This document shows, piece after piece, positions 1-9,170 of a stretch of 54,770 nucleotides of DNA (position 1 is its first letter; every line of letters starts with the position of its first letter). Position numbers and translations under genes: made by a program. The notes under the pieces were generated by a model, which had not been told where the DNA came from, ran no database searches, and saw nothing but the letters and a program-made list of their open reading frames with translations. Source of the stretch: Bacillota bacterium (GTDB taxonomy: Bacteria > Bacillota > SHA-98 > Ch115); contig DUSO01000129.1 in the NCBI GenBank assembly GCA_012842565.1, forward strand, positions 1 through 54,770, read 5' to 3'.

Positions 1-88
1 CCTTGCCGGGCACATACACAAAGGAATTTACGGTCCCGAGGTCGATTGCGATGTCCGTGCCCAAGAGAAATCTAGAAATTATCCGCAC
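1..88 (-). CDS. MreB/Mbl-family actin-like rod-shape protein, N-terminal fragment; gene continues past the left edge
   Basis: Reverse translation of nt 64..1 reads (L/M)GTDIAIDLGTVNSFVYVPGK(G). This matches the MreB N-terminal phosphate-1 motif (D-I-G-I-D-L-G-T-x-N-T..V..KGKG). It is absent from the ORF track because it is truncated. Start unresolved: TTG 64 or GTG 88. Confidence 0.6.
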   Translation of the reverse strand, partial: MRIISRFLLGTDIAIDLGTVNSFVYVPGK

Positions 89-89
89 C

Positions 90-971
90 CTACCCGCACT
101 GCTTTCGGAGCGCTCGAGAGATATGCTCTCTCGCATAGTAGTAAAGGTATTCCTGTGCATACCCCGCCAGGGGTCCGAACCTGCGGCTCGCAAATTCCCG
201 GATGCGCCTTAAGGGAACCTCTCTACCACCGAAGTAGAGGTAGCTCATGACGCGAGCTATCCAGGTGTCCACTGGAAATGCCTCGTACCGGCCGCATCCA
301 AACAGGAGCACGCAATCTGCGACTTTAGGCCCTACTCCCTTAAACTCCAGGAGCCTTGCCCTGGCCTCGTCTATGGGAAGGGTCCTGAGCTGGTCGAAGT
401 CAAAGTGTGATCCCATGATCCTTTCTGCCGCCATTTTGATATATGGTGCGCGAAAACCGGTCCCGCACCGTTCGATGCTCTCTACGGCGGCAGAGGCAAG
501 GCTGGGCGCCTCCGGGAAGGCAAAGAAACCACCCGCGAGTGGTCTGCCAAACTCCCTGGAAAGGGCTTCGATGGCCCTCTTTATGAGGGGTATCCTGTTT
601 CTCGCAGAGACAATAAAGGATATTAGGCACTCCCATGGGTCCTGGTCCAGGAGCCGAAGGCCGCTGGCGAAGCTCACGGCTTCCGCCAGGGCCGGATCCA
701 TGGAAGACAGGCTTGCCTCTATGCCTGCGTGATCTTCGCGTAGCCTGAAATACCGGATTACAAGGTCTATAGTATCCTTATCGCAATCTAGGATTGTGAG
801 GCTGTCAGCATCTTCCTGCCGCACCCTGAGGGCGACTCCACCGACCACACCAGCATATCCCGTCCCCGTCCTGTACCACCTGAACGCCTGCCCGCATTCA
901 AGGGTACGCTCGAGGTGGAACGGGGCGATCTCCGTGATGATAGCCATATTCCCGTCATGCCTGATTTTCAT
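90..971 (-). CDS. ogg: 8-oxoguanine DNA glycosylase / AP lyase (HhH-GPD family, OGG type)
   Basis: 293-aa ORF. HhH-GPD signature LEFKGVGPKVADCVLLFG with the catalytic Lys and a downstream Asp (PVDTW). OGG-type N-terminal domain (LECGQAFRW). Confidence 0.8.
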   Translation of the reverse strand: MKIRHDGNMAIITEIAPFHLERTLECGQAFRWYRTGTGYAGVVGGVALRVRQEDADSLTILDCDKDTIDLVIRYFRLREDHAGIEASLSSMDPALAEAVSFASGLRLLDQDPWECLISFIVSARNRIPLIKRAIEALSREFGRPLAGGFFAFPEAPSLASAAVESIERCGTGFRAPYIKMAAERIMGSHFDFDQLRTLPIDEARARLLEFKGVGPKVADCVLLFGCGRYEAFPVDTWIARVMSYLYFGGREVPLRRIREFASRRFGPLAGYAQEYLYYYAREHISRALRKQCG

Positions 972-993
972 CTATTATGCTGCCTCGACTCCT

Positions 994-3705
994 TCACTTC
1001 ATGTCCTGCAGTTCCTTCAAGACGTCACCGAGCCGTTTCAGGTTTTCTCCAAACCCGGCCCAGTCTCCCTCCCGGGCCCTGGCCTGCAACTCTTGATAGA
1101 GATCTATCGCAGATTGAATGAGGTCTTGCCTTGCCTCTGACGCCTGCGGCCCTTTTCGGGGCGCCGGGGCCGCCGGAGTCGGCGGCGCTACGGGCCCTTT
1201 CACTCCGAGGGCACGGTCAAGCGCCTCCCCCAGTGTCTCGCCCATCGCGATCCTGCTGCCCAACGCGACTATGACCATCCTCAATTCCGGGAGCCCGCTC
1301 TTCTCTGCCAGCAGGTATAGCGGCTCGATATACAGGACAGAACGCTCGATCGGGACGGTCAGGAGATTGCCACGGATCACACGGGAACCCTTCTGGCTCC
1401 ACAGAGTCAGGAGTTGTGATATCTGGGGGTCCTGGTCTATCCTGGCCTCTATCTGCATGGGACCATATACCAGGCGCTGCTTGGGGAAGCGGTACAGCAC
1501 CAGCCGGCCATAATCATCTACATCGCATGTGGCAAGCAGCCATGCTACCATATTATTCTTACGGCCCGGAGTGAAAGGTATCGTGACCAGGTAACGCGGC
1601 TGAGCCTCCCCCGGTGGCCTCATCATGATGTAGTATGGCTGCACTTTCTGTTCGGTACCCGCATAGACTTCGTTGGGTATCTCCCATAAGTCCTCCTTAT
1701 TGTAGAAGACATCGGTATCTGTCATATGGTAGGTACCAAGCATCTCGGCCTGGATCCTGAACAAATCCTCAGGGTAACGTATATGATCTCTAAGGCCTTG
1801 CGGCATGTCGCCAAACGGCCTGAACATGCCGGGGAATATCTTAGAGTAGGACTTTGCAATAGGCTCGTCCGCGTCAAACAGGTAAAAAGTCATAGTGCCG
1901 TCATAGGCATCTATCACAACCTTTATGGAGTTGCGGATGTAGTTGAATCCTTCCCGGTGAGGCTGGGAATAAGGATACCTCGACGAGGTCGTATATGCGT
2001 CCCAGATCCAGAAGAGACGCCCATCATCGATTACAAGGTATGGATCCCCGTCATACCTGAGGAATGGGGCTACCCGCCTTACCCTGTCCTTGATGTTTCT
2101 GTAGAATAGCACCTTGCTATCGGCCGTGATCGCGGATGTGAGGAGGAGCTTGGCATTCCCGAACCTGAGCGCGAAGGCGATCCGGCGAGCCAGGCCGCCA
2201 AGGCCCACCCCGCTCTTGCCCTGATAGGCGGCGTAGACATTCTGATCCCCCATGGGGTAGTCGAATTCCCTGGTCCTGGTGTTTACGATCACATACTGGT
2301 CGGTCAGTTCGCCGAAATATATCTCGGGCCGGGTCACCCGGGGAGCGCCATTCATGCTCCTCGGGGGAATATCGCGCACAATGAGACGTGGCAACCCTTC
2401 TTCGGTTACGTCGCTCACGGGGCTCATACACAGGCCGTAGCCGTGGGTATAGACCAGATGCTGGTTGATCCACGTGCGAGCCTGCTCGGGTATCTGGTCG
2501 ATCCTCAGCTCCCGGGGTGCCAGGGCCACCTGGCGGGTCCTGCCACCGATATTATACCTGTCGAGGTCGACGTCGTGGAAGTCATAATAGAGCCTGATCT
2601 CCTGGAGTTGGCTATATGTCTCCAAGAGCGGCCTCCAGTCCCACAGCCTGATATTTGAGATGGTATCTTGATGGCGCTCAAGGTCGGCGGGGGTCAATTG
2701 ATCTGACACGTCGAAATCTCGTGTGACAATCCGGTCCAGCCCAAAGGCACGGCGCGTGGCCTCAATATTAAACGCGATGTAGGGGCGCTCGCGGGCCAGC
2801 TCATTAGGCTCGACCGACAGTTTTTGTACTATAGGTGGGTAGACGTTGCCCAAGATGAATGATGCGGCTATGAGTATCCCTGTGCCTGCCAGGGCAAGCC
2901 TCTCTGTGCGAAATACCGAATAAAGGACGACCAGTATGCCGCATACGACGGCGATAAAGCCCAAAATGCGCAAGGCCATGAGGTTTGCGTGGACATCGGT
3001 ATAACCCGCGCCAAAGACCACCCCTCTCGGGGAGTAAAGAATGTTATAGGCGCTTAGCTGATATCCCCAGCCCTTGAGGAAAAAGGCCACCCCAATCAGG
3101 ACGGCGAGGTGTCCCCTTACGAGGTGGTGAACCCTCGGGCGTCCTCTCTCGAGACTAATCGCTCCAACCACAAGATAGACGATAGCCACCAGCACAATTG
3201 TGGTGACTATGAGGTTCATCGCAAGTGAATACATCTCAACCAAGAAAGGCAACTTGAAAATGTAAAAGCCGACATCTTTATGAAAGATAGGATCATTCTT
3301 ACCAAATGGAACCGCGTGAATGAATTGCTGAGCGCTGGTCCAGTATTGAGATGCCCCGGCACCTGCGAGAAAGGCGATGAATGCGCTTAGCGCAAGAAAA
3401 ACCAGGGAAAGCCACCTGGCACTGAAAAACTCGGGCAGCCTCAACATGGACGGCGTCCATTCAAGCTCCTTCACGCTTCTTTTGGTTAGGTTGAGATTAA
3501 GGAGGAGGAACAGGAGGTAGAAAGTTCCGACCAATATTGCGAGGCAAGCCTTGGACAGTATGCCAACCCAGAAAGCCTGAGGGTAACCCTCACTATTAAA
3601 CCATAGCCAGTCGGTATAGGCGCGACTGCCGAGGATGAAAAACAGGGCAACCGCAGCCAGTGCATACAAAGCCGCGCCCAGCACCCTCCGACTCATGCGT
3701 TTCAC
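994..3705 (-). CDS. UPF0182 family large membrane protein
   Basis: About 900-aa ORF with multiple N-terminal TM helices and a large soluble domain. Blocks GYTDVHA, YTHGYG and IRYPEDLF are typical of UPF0182 (COG1615). AAGGAG lies 9 nt upstream of GTG 3705, which favours that start over TTG 3714 from the track. Confidence 0.75.
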   Translation of the reverse strand: MKRMSRRVLGAALYALAAVALFFILGSRAYTDWLWFNSEGYPQAFWVGILSKACLAILVGTFYLLFLLLNLNLTKRSVKELEWTPSMLRLPEFFSARWLSLVFLALSAFIAFLAGAGASQYWTSAQQFIHAVPFGKNDPIFHKDVGFYIFKLPFLVEMYSLAMNLIVTTIVLVAIVYLVVGAISLERGRPRVHHLVRGHLAVLIGVAFFLKGWGYQLSAYNILYSPRGVVFGAGYTDVHANLMALRILGFIAVVCGILVVLYSVFRTERLALAGTGILIAASFILGNVYPPIVQKLSVEPNELARERPYIAFNIEATRRAFGLDRIVTRDFDVSDQLTPADLERHQDTISNIRLWDWRPLLETYSQLQEIRLYYDFHDVDLDRYNIGGRTRQVALAPRELRIDQIPEQARTWINQHLVYTHGYGLCMSPVSDVTEEGLPRLIVRDIPPRSMNGAPRVTRPEIYFGELTDQYVIVNTRTREFDYPMGDQNVYAAYQGKSGVGLGGLARRIAFALRFGNAKLLLTSAITADSKVLFYRNIKDRVRRVAPFLRYDGDPYLVIDDGRLFWIWDAYTTSSRYPYSQPHREGFNYIRNSIKVVIDAYDGTMTFYLFDADEPIAKSYSKIFPGMFRPFGDMPQGLRDHIRYPEDLFRIQAEMLGTYHMTDTDVFYNKEDLWEIPNEVYAGTEQKVQPYYIMMRPPGEAQPRYLVTIPFTPGRKNNMVAWLLATCDVDDYGRLVLYRFPKQRLVYGPMQIEARIDQDPQISQLLTLWSQKGSRVIRGNLLTVPIERSVLYIEPLYLLAEKSGLPELRMVIVALGSRIAMGETLGEALDRALGVKGPVAPPTPAAPAPRKGPQASEARQDLIQSAIDLYQELQARAREGDWAGFGENLKRLGDVLKELQDMK

Positions 3706-3850
3706 CCGGCCCAACTCCTTTCAACTCGTTCCCCGGTAAGTCTACTGGCATTATACCATGATATGCTCATTCTCGTTTATCGTAGGAAACCATGGTACAA
3801 GGTGCGGGCAGCCCGTACCGTATACCCCCTGTGAGCAGCACATATAATAC

Positions 3851-4795
3851 TTGCGGGGCAAGGGGGTGGTCTTTACGCAGGTAATACGCATCGGGACGAG
3901 GCATTATGCGCCATACCTGGCAGCAAGGCTTGCGGCGGGAATCGACGGCCTCAACTTGAGAGGCGTAGCCTCAATATATATTTCCCAGCACGAAAAGGGG
4001 GGAATGACCTTCTTCCCGGTCGACGTTTCCGGCCAGCTCTGGCTGTCCCCGGGGAGGATAGAGGATATATATTGTTTTGTGGCAGGTGTCATTGCCGACC
4101 TCATCGTCCATGACGTTCACCGGGTCATGCTTGAAGATATGCTAAAGGATGGATATCCGGGCCTCGACGAGGACGAGCGTTTCCATATCTGCCAGCGTGC
4201 AATAAGGGCCCTCTGGGTCCGGCTTGCAGGAGGCCTTGATGGGGCGCTGGTGCCTTCGGAGGACTTGGAGCGCGTCAAAGAAGGCGTGAGAGCACAGGTT
4301 TACGGGCGCGCGCTCGAGTATTTAAGGGCGAATAGCGAGCTGAATGTGGAGGGCTTCGTCCGGTTTCGCCTCAGGGACCAGGTATCGCTCATGTTTGAAA
4401 TGGTGGGCCAGGTGGTCGAGGATTATCTGGCCGAAAGGGAATACCGGGAGTTTATTCGTCTCTTGAGGTATTTCGTGGATATACAGGAGCCCAGGATACA
4501 GGTTGTACACGTCTTCGAGGCCCCGGACGGGTCATACAGGCTGGTGGATCAAGATAACCGGGAGGTCAGGAGCGAATACCTCGATGAGATCCTGGGCGAG
4601 CTCTCCGACGGCGTTACGGCCGGCGAGGACCTCCTGGTGAGTATGCTCATAACCATAGCCCCGGCCAGGATCATCCTGCACCTGCGGCCGGGAAGCGAGG
4701 CGGTGGAGACCGTAAAGAACGTCTTTGAAGAAAAGGCGGAGGTATGTACCGGGTGTCCCCGCTGTAAGGCCGATAGCTTTAAGTCCTTCCCTTGA
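3851..4795 (+). CDS. ytxC: Sporulation protein YtxC-like
   Basis: ORF immediately upstream of thrS, the position ytxC has in Bacillus. Block EGFVRFRLRDQ...EREYREFIRLLRYFVDIQEPRIQVVHV resembles the YtxC family core. Start uncertain: TTG 3851 from the track, or GTG 3866 preceded by AAGGGGG. Confidence 0.65.
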   Translation: MRGKGVVFTQVIRIGTRHYAPYLAARLAAGIDGLNLRGVASIYISQHEKGGMTFFPVDVSGQLWLSPGRIEDIYCFVAGVIADLIVHDVHRVMLEDMLKDGYPGLDEDERFHICQRAIRALWVRLAGGLDGALVPSEDLERVKEGVRAQVYGRALEYLRANSELNVEGFVRFRLRDQVSLMFEMVGQVVEDYLAEREYREFIRLLRYFVDIQEPRIQVVHVFEAPDGSYRLVDQDNREVRSEYLDEILGELSDGVTAGEDLLVSMLITIAPARIILHLRPGSEAVETVKNVFEEKAEVCTGCPRCKADSFKSFP

Positions 4796-4943
4796 CAGTC
4801 CATGGCAGGCTGTTTATACTCTTAGAAGAGGACTCTGGGTCACTGTTGTCCCTGCGGGTTTAAGGTGGTCCCCGGTTCAGTCGGAAAAACTGCCCCCACA
4901 GAAGGAGGAGAAACCGCGAGCCTCTACTCGCGGTGGTATTATT
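4796..4943 (+). promoter_or_regulatory. thrS 5' leader with a hairpin between a strong SD and the start codon; weak T-box-like motif
   Basis: GAAGGAGGAG lies at 4901-4910. An 8-bp hairpin ACCGCGAG-cctcta-CTCGCGGT spans 4913-4934, followed by GGTATTATT and ATG 4944. AAGGTGGTCCCCGG at 4862-4875 resembles the T-box core AGGGUGGUACCGCG in 9 of 12 core positions. Confidence 0.3.
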
Positions 4944-6731
4944 ATGGGCGCAAGAGAAGTTATACCTCTCATTGACGGGACATCCATCCCGGTTGAGTCA
5001 CCCGAAGGCCTGGAGATCTACAGGCACTCGACCGCGCACGTGATGGCTCAGGCGGTAAAGAGGCTCTTCCCGGGGGTCAAGCTGGCTATAGGTCCTGCTA
5101 TCGAAAATGGTTTCTACTATGATTTCGGCAATGCCGCTCCCTTTACGCCTCAAGACCTTGAAGCAATCGACAAGGAGATGCACAAGATCATCGAAGAAGA
5201 CCTCCCGATCAAGCGGGAAGAGGTATCAAAACAAGAGGCCCGGCAGCTCTTCGAAAAACTTGGCGAGGTATACAAGCTCGAGCTCCTGGAGGATATCCCG
5301 GACGATACGGTCAGCCTCTACCGCCAGGGTGAATTCGTGGACCTCTGCCGCGGGCCTCACCTGCCGTCGACGGGATGGATAAAGGCCTTCAAGCTCCTCA
5401 ACGTGGCCGGAGCATACTGGCGCGGCGACGAGAAGCGCGAGATGCTGCAGAGGATATATGGCACGGCGTTTCCTACCGAGCCTGAGCTCACGCATCATCT
5501 GGAGTTGCTCGAGGAGGCCGCCAGGCGGGATCATCGCAAGCTCGGACGTGAGCTTGATCTCTTTAGTATTCACGAGGAAGGCGGGGCGGGCCTGGTTTAT
5601 TGGCATCCCAAGGGTGCTACGGTACGGCGGATCATCGAGGATTTCTGGAAGCAGGAACACATAAAACGGGGTTACGACATAGTCTACACGCCTCATATCG
5701 CCCGGCGCGACCTGTGGGAGATATCAGGGCATTGGGGCTGGTATCGTGAGAATATGTATTCTCCCATCGTAATCGACGATGTCGAATACCTGCTCAAACC
5801 GATGAACTGTCCGTTTCATATCCTGATGTACAAGTCGCGGACCAGGTCTTACAGGGAACTGCCCATCAGGTGGGCTGAACTCGGCACTGTGTACCGGTAC
5901 GAGCGCAGCGGGGTATTGCATGGCCTCTTGCGGGTGAGAGGATTTACCCAGGATGACGCCCACCTTTTTGTCAGGCCGGATCAACTGGAGGATGAGATCG
6001 TCGGCGTCATAGACCTGATGCAGTTTATGATGAAATCCTTCGGGTACAAGGATTACTATGTAGAACTCTCGGTCCGGGATCCGAAGAATAAAGAGAAGTA
6101 TGTCGGAGGGGACGAGGTCTGGGACCAGGCCGAGCAGGCTCTCGTAAGGGCCCTTGAGCGCAAGGGATTGGCCTACGAGAGGATGGAAGGGGAGGCTAAG
6201 TTCTACGGCCCTGCTGTAGACGTGAAGATCAAGGATGCAGTCGGGAGGGGCTGGCAGGGCCCGACCATCCAGGTTGACTTTAACCTGCCCGAGAGGTTTG
6301 GAATGGAATATATCGGGGAGGACAATGCACCTCACCGGCCGGTCATGATCCACAGGACAGTCCTGGGGGCCATGGAGAGGTTCTTCGCCGGCCTGGTTGA
6401 GCACTATGCAGGCGCCTTCCCACTATGGCTCTCGCCGGTGCAGGTGGTCATCATGACCATAGGGGCCGGGCAGGAGGCTTATGCTAACCGGATAAAGCAG
6501 GATCTCGCCGTCCATGGTATTCGCGTCGAGCTCGATGACCGCGACCAGAAGATCGGCTATAAGATTAGAGAGGCCCAGCTGGAAAAGATCCCGTATATGG
6601 TGATCGTGGGGGCAAAAGAGGTCGAGGGGGATTTTATCTCCGTGAGATCCAGGAAGGACGGCGACCTGGGCAGCATGAAGCTCCAGGCGTTTAGGGAGAT
6701 GCTGCTATCCGAGATCGAGGCCAGGAGATGA
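4944..6731 (+). CDS. thrS: Threonine--tRNA ligase (short form lacking the N-terminal TGS domain)
   Basis: Editing-domain motif RHSTAHVMAQAVKRLFPG begins at residue ~28. Class II motifs are present (YRYERSG, HRTVLGAMERFFAGLVEH), plus a C-terminal anticodon-binding domain. The 73 codons upstream in the track ORF (4725-4943) are not ThrRS-like, so ATG 4944 was chosen. Confidence 0.9.
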   Translation: MGAREVIPLIDGTSIPVESPEGLEIYRHSTAHVMAQAVKRLFPGVKLAIGPAIENGFYYDFGNAAPFTPQDLEAIDKEMHKIIEEDLPIKREEVSKQEARQLFEKLGEVYKLELLEDIPDDTVSLYRQGEFVDLCRGPHLPSTGWIKAFKLLNVAGAYWRGDEKREMLQRIYGTAFPTEPELTHHLELLEEAARRDHRKLGRELDLFSIHEEGGAGLVYWHPKGATVRRIIEDFWKQEHIKRGYDIVYTPHIARRDLWEISGHWGWYRENMYSPIVIDDVEYLLKPMNCPFHILMYKSRTRSYRELPIRWAELGTVYRYERSGVLHGLLRVRGFTQDDAHLFVRPDQLEDEIVGVIDLMQFMMKSFGYKDYYVELSVRDPKNKEKYVGGDEVWDQAEQALVRALERKGLAYERMEGEAKFYGPAVDVKIKDAVGRGWQGPTIQVDFNLPERFGMEYIGEDNAPHRPVMIHRTVLGAMERFFAGLVEHYAGAFPLWLSPVQVVIMTIGAGQEAYANRIKQDLAVHGIRVELDDRDQKIGYKIREAQLEKIPYMVIVGAKEVEGDFISVRSRKDGDLGSMKLQAFREMLLSEIEARR

Positions 6732-6798
6732 CCGTGTCGGCCGCATTAGAGGGAGATAATGAACGGCAAAGGAGAGATGATTAGCGTCAAGGGGTAGA

Positions 6799-6827
6799 TT
6801 GACCGGGCAGCCCCGGTATGGTATACT
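6799..6827 (+). promoter_or_regulatory. Sigma-A type promoter for infC-rpmI-rplT
   Basis: TTGACC (6799-6804), 17-nt spacer ending in TGg, then TATACT (6822-6827). This is the extended -10 form TGnTATACT. Confidence 0.6.
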
Positions 6828-6887
6828 TTGACTTGCTGTACAGGACATTGGGGCAGGAGCCATCCGCAAATACCCGGGAGGTGACAT

Positions 6888-7469
6888 ATCATCAGCAAAG
6901 ACTTGAGAGTGAACGAGGAAATCCGAGCGAAGGAGATCAGGCTCATAGACGAGAACGGGGAGCAGCTGGGCATAATGTCCCCGAGAGACGCGCTCAGGAT
7001 CGCCTACGAGCGCAACCTTGACCTGGTCGAGGTCGCTGCCGCGGCCAAGCCACCGGTATGCAGGCTTATTGATTACGGCAAGTATAAATATGAGCAGGCT
7101 AAACGCGAGAGAGACGCCAGGAAAAAGCAGCGGGTCATGGATATAAAAGAGGTCCGCATGACCCCGAATATCGAAGGACATGACTTTGCCGTAAAGGTGC
7201 GCAGTGCCCAGAGGTTTCTGAGAGAGGGCGACAAGGTAAAGGCTTCGGTGCGCTTCAGAGGGCGCGAAATCGTTCACGCTGACATAGGAAGGGCTTTGCT
7301 TGAAGATCTGGCTTCTGAGCTGGGTGATCTTGCGGTGGTCGAGAAAGCCCCGAGTGTCGAGGGCAAGACCATGATTATGATACTGTCACCAAAGCAGTCC
7401 GGTAGGTCCGAGAAGCCTCTCCGGCCCGCGATGGGCCAGGCGGAACCAGAGGCACAGGGTCAAGGATGA
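6888..7469 (+). CDS. infC: Translation initiation factor IF-3, probable non-canonical ATC start
   Basis: [20 protein letters not shown] and YGKYKYEQ are IF-3 blocks. In-frame codons upstream of the track TTG (6903) read I-I-S-K-D right after a TGA stop, matching the Bacillus IF-3 N-terminus MIISKDQ. GGAGGTG at 6876-6882 lies 5 nt before ATC 6888. Confidence 0.85.
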   Translation: MISKDLRVNEEIRAKEIRLIDENGEQLGIMSPRDALRIAYERNLDLVEVAAAAKPPVCRLIDYGKYKYEQAKRERDARKKQRVMDIKEVRMTPNIEGHDFAVKVRSAQRFLREGDKVKASVRFRGREIVHADIGRALLEDLASELGDLAVVEKAPSVEGKTMIMILSPKQSGRSEKPLRPAMGQAEPEAQGQG

Positions 7470-7494
7470 GAGGGAATCTCAAGGAGGATTTTTG

Positions 7495-7692
7495 ATGCCG
7501 AAACTCAAGACTCACAGGGGAGCAGCAAAGAGATTCAAGGTAACCGGGACCGGCAAGATCGTGAGGTTCAAGGCATATAAGAGCCATCTTCTCTTGCACA
7601 AGAGCAAGAGGCAAAAGAGGAACCTCAGGAAGGACGCAATCATGGAAAAGGGCGATGCGGCCAGGATCAAGAAGCTGATCCCGTATCTATAG
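7495..7692 (+). CDS. rpmI: 50S ribosomal protein L35
   Basis: [29 protein letters not shown] lies 7 nt upstream of ATG 7495. The track start at 7492 is a TTG one codon earlier. Confidence 0.95.
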   Translation: MPKLKTHRGAAKRFKVTGTGKIVRFKAYKSHLLLHKSKRQKRNLRKDAIMEKGDAARIKKLIPYL

Positions 7693-7743
7693 TAACCCCG
7701 GCCTCTCGGAGGGGTGCACGCTCGGAGTTGGGAGGAAAGTTAC

Positions 7744-8100
7744 ATGCCCAGGGCCAAGGGTGGATTTGTCACAAGACGCAGGCACAAGAAGATATTAAAG
7801 ATGACGCGGGGGTTTACGGGCGCCAAGCACAGGGTATTTCGGAGGGCTAACGAGGCTCTCCTCAAGGCTCTCAGTTACGCCTACCGCGACAGACGCGCAA
7901 GAAAGCGCGAGATGCGCGCCCTGTGGATAGCCCGGATAAACGCCGCAGCGAGGGGCGATGGCCTCTCATACAGCCGTTTGATGGACGGCCTCAAGAAGGC
8001 CGGAGTTGAAGTAAACCGCAAGATGCTGGCTGATCTTGCCGTAAATGATGCTCGTGGCTTCCAGGAGCTGGTTAAGGTTGCCAAGGGGTCTCTTTCCTGA
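7744..8100 (+). CDS. rplT: 50S ribosomal protein L20
   Basis: [24 protein letters not shown]..., the canonical L20 N-terminus. GGGAGGAAAG lies upstream of ATG 7744. Confidence 0.95.
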   Translation: MPRAKGGFVTRRRHKKILKMTRGFTGAKHRVFRRANEALLKALSYAYRDRRARKREMRALWIARINAAARGDGLSYSRLMDGLKKAGVEVNRKMLADLAVNDARGFQELVKVAKGSLS

Positions 8101-8947
8101 CAGGGAACCTCTTCGAAGCCTTCATAACTCCAGGATCCGTCTGGCCAAGGGGCTCATGGTTAGCCGGGAAAGAAGATATGAACTGCGCAAGTTCGTGATC
8201 GAAGGCACCCGGCTTGTGGAAGAAGCACTCAAGGCAGGGATTGACCTGGAGTTTATTATGTACGCCTCCGACCGGGGCCAGGACGGCGGCGTCATGAGCC
8301 TCCTCGAAGCAGCATCGGACCTGGGCGTGCCTATTGTTCCCGTAGTGCCAGAGCTCATGAATCGAATCAGCGATACGGCCACCTCTCAAGGGGTAATTGC
8401 TGTGGGCAATATGCCGCCCGCCGGAGTCGGGGCCATACTGGAGATCCCTCTCGAAAAGGCGCCTCTGGTCCTCGTCTGTGACCAGCTGAGGGATCCGGGT
8501 AACCTGGGCACTATACTAAGGAGCGCCTGGGCCTTTGGTGCCTCGGGCGCGATCTTGACCGCCGGGACGTGCGACCTTTACAATCCTAAGGTCTTGAGGG
8601 CGACCATGGGGGCCTCATTTCATATGCCTGTCGCCCAGTCGGACCAGCCAGCCGGGGAGGTCTTGCGAGAGGCGAAAAACCAGGGGTTTACTGTGGTGGC
8701 AACCAGTGCCCGCGCGCCCTTGTATTGCCATGAGTATGATTTCGTTCGTCCCGCTGTGATAGCAATAGGGAACGAGGCATGGGGAATATCCCAGCAAACG
8801 GCAGAAGTGGCCGACGATCTGGTCTCTATCCCGATGCCGGGGAGGGCCGAGTCATTGAATGCCGCGGTGGCCGCTTCAATCATCCTGTATGAAGCGGCAA
8901 AACAGCGCCTTGTAAGGGGTATGCAGCTGTGCTATAATTCCTCATGA
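8045..8947 (+). CDS. TrmH/SpoU-family RNA 2'-O-methyltransferase (YsgA-like)
   Basis: SpoU motifs are present ([33 protein letters not shown]), with an N-terminal substrate-binding domain. Same position as ysgA between rplT and pheS in Bacillus. Start ambiguous: ATG 8045/8048 overlaps rplT by about 55 nt, and ATG 8156 would remove conserved N-terminal residues. Confidence 0.75.
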   Translation: MMLVASRSWLRLPRGLFPDREPLRSLHNSRIRLAKGLMVSRERRYELRKFVIEGTRLVEEALKAGIDLEFIMYASDRGQDGGVMSLLEAASDLGVPIVPVVPELMNRISDTATSQGVIAVGNMPPAGVGAILEIPLEKAPLVLVCDQLRDPGNLGTILRSAWAFGASGAILTAGTCDLYNPKVLRATMGASFHMPVAQSDQPAGEVLREAKNQGFTVVATSARAPLYCHEYDFVRPAVIAIGNEAWGISQQTAEVADDLVSIPMPGRAESLNAAVAASIILYEAAKQRLVRGMQLCYNSS

Positions 8948-8963
8948 CGGGGCGGCCTGATCA

Positions 8964-9170
8964 TTGTCGAAAGGGTGTTGGTCCCTATGCTTACGGCAGA
9001 TTTTTTCTGGCGGATTTTTGAGGTGACCGGGTCCATAACGGCATATCTCATGTACAGGCGTCTCAGGACTCAGTAAAGCGTTGCCGGGATCGTCGGGTGT
9101 CAACCGGATAGGTGGACCGGGGGCCACAACCTTCGTCTTCTGACGTCGGGTTGTGGTCTCTTTAGTATAT
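8964..9170 (+). promoter_or_regulatory. pheST leader: candidate T-box-type antiterminator/terminator switch
   Basis: Possible promoter TTGTCG-16-TATGCT at 8964-8991. T-box-like ATAGGTGGACCGG at 9108-9120. A 10-bp terminator stem (GGCCACAACC 9122-9131 with GGTTGTGGTC 9149-9158) is followed by TCTTTAGTATATT. An upstream near-copy of the 3' arm (CGTCGGGTGT 9091-9100 versus CGTCGGGTTGT 9144-9154) could form the competing antiterminator. Confidence 0.4.

Noticed and set aside
3-212. 69-aa plus-strand ORF at the left edge
   Set aside because: It overlaps the mreB fragment and the ogg 3' end on the opposite strand. No motif and no SD.
4725-4943. 73-codon N-terminal extension of thrS in the ORF track
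   Set aside because: The extension (MKKRRRYVPGVPAVRPIA...) is not TGS-like, overlaps the ytxC 3' end and spans a hairpin and SD. ATG 4944 was chosen instead.
5724-6404. 226-aa minus-strand ORF (plus 5226-5696) inside thrS
   Set aside because: Antisense to the class II catalytic core of ThrRS, with no independent support.
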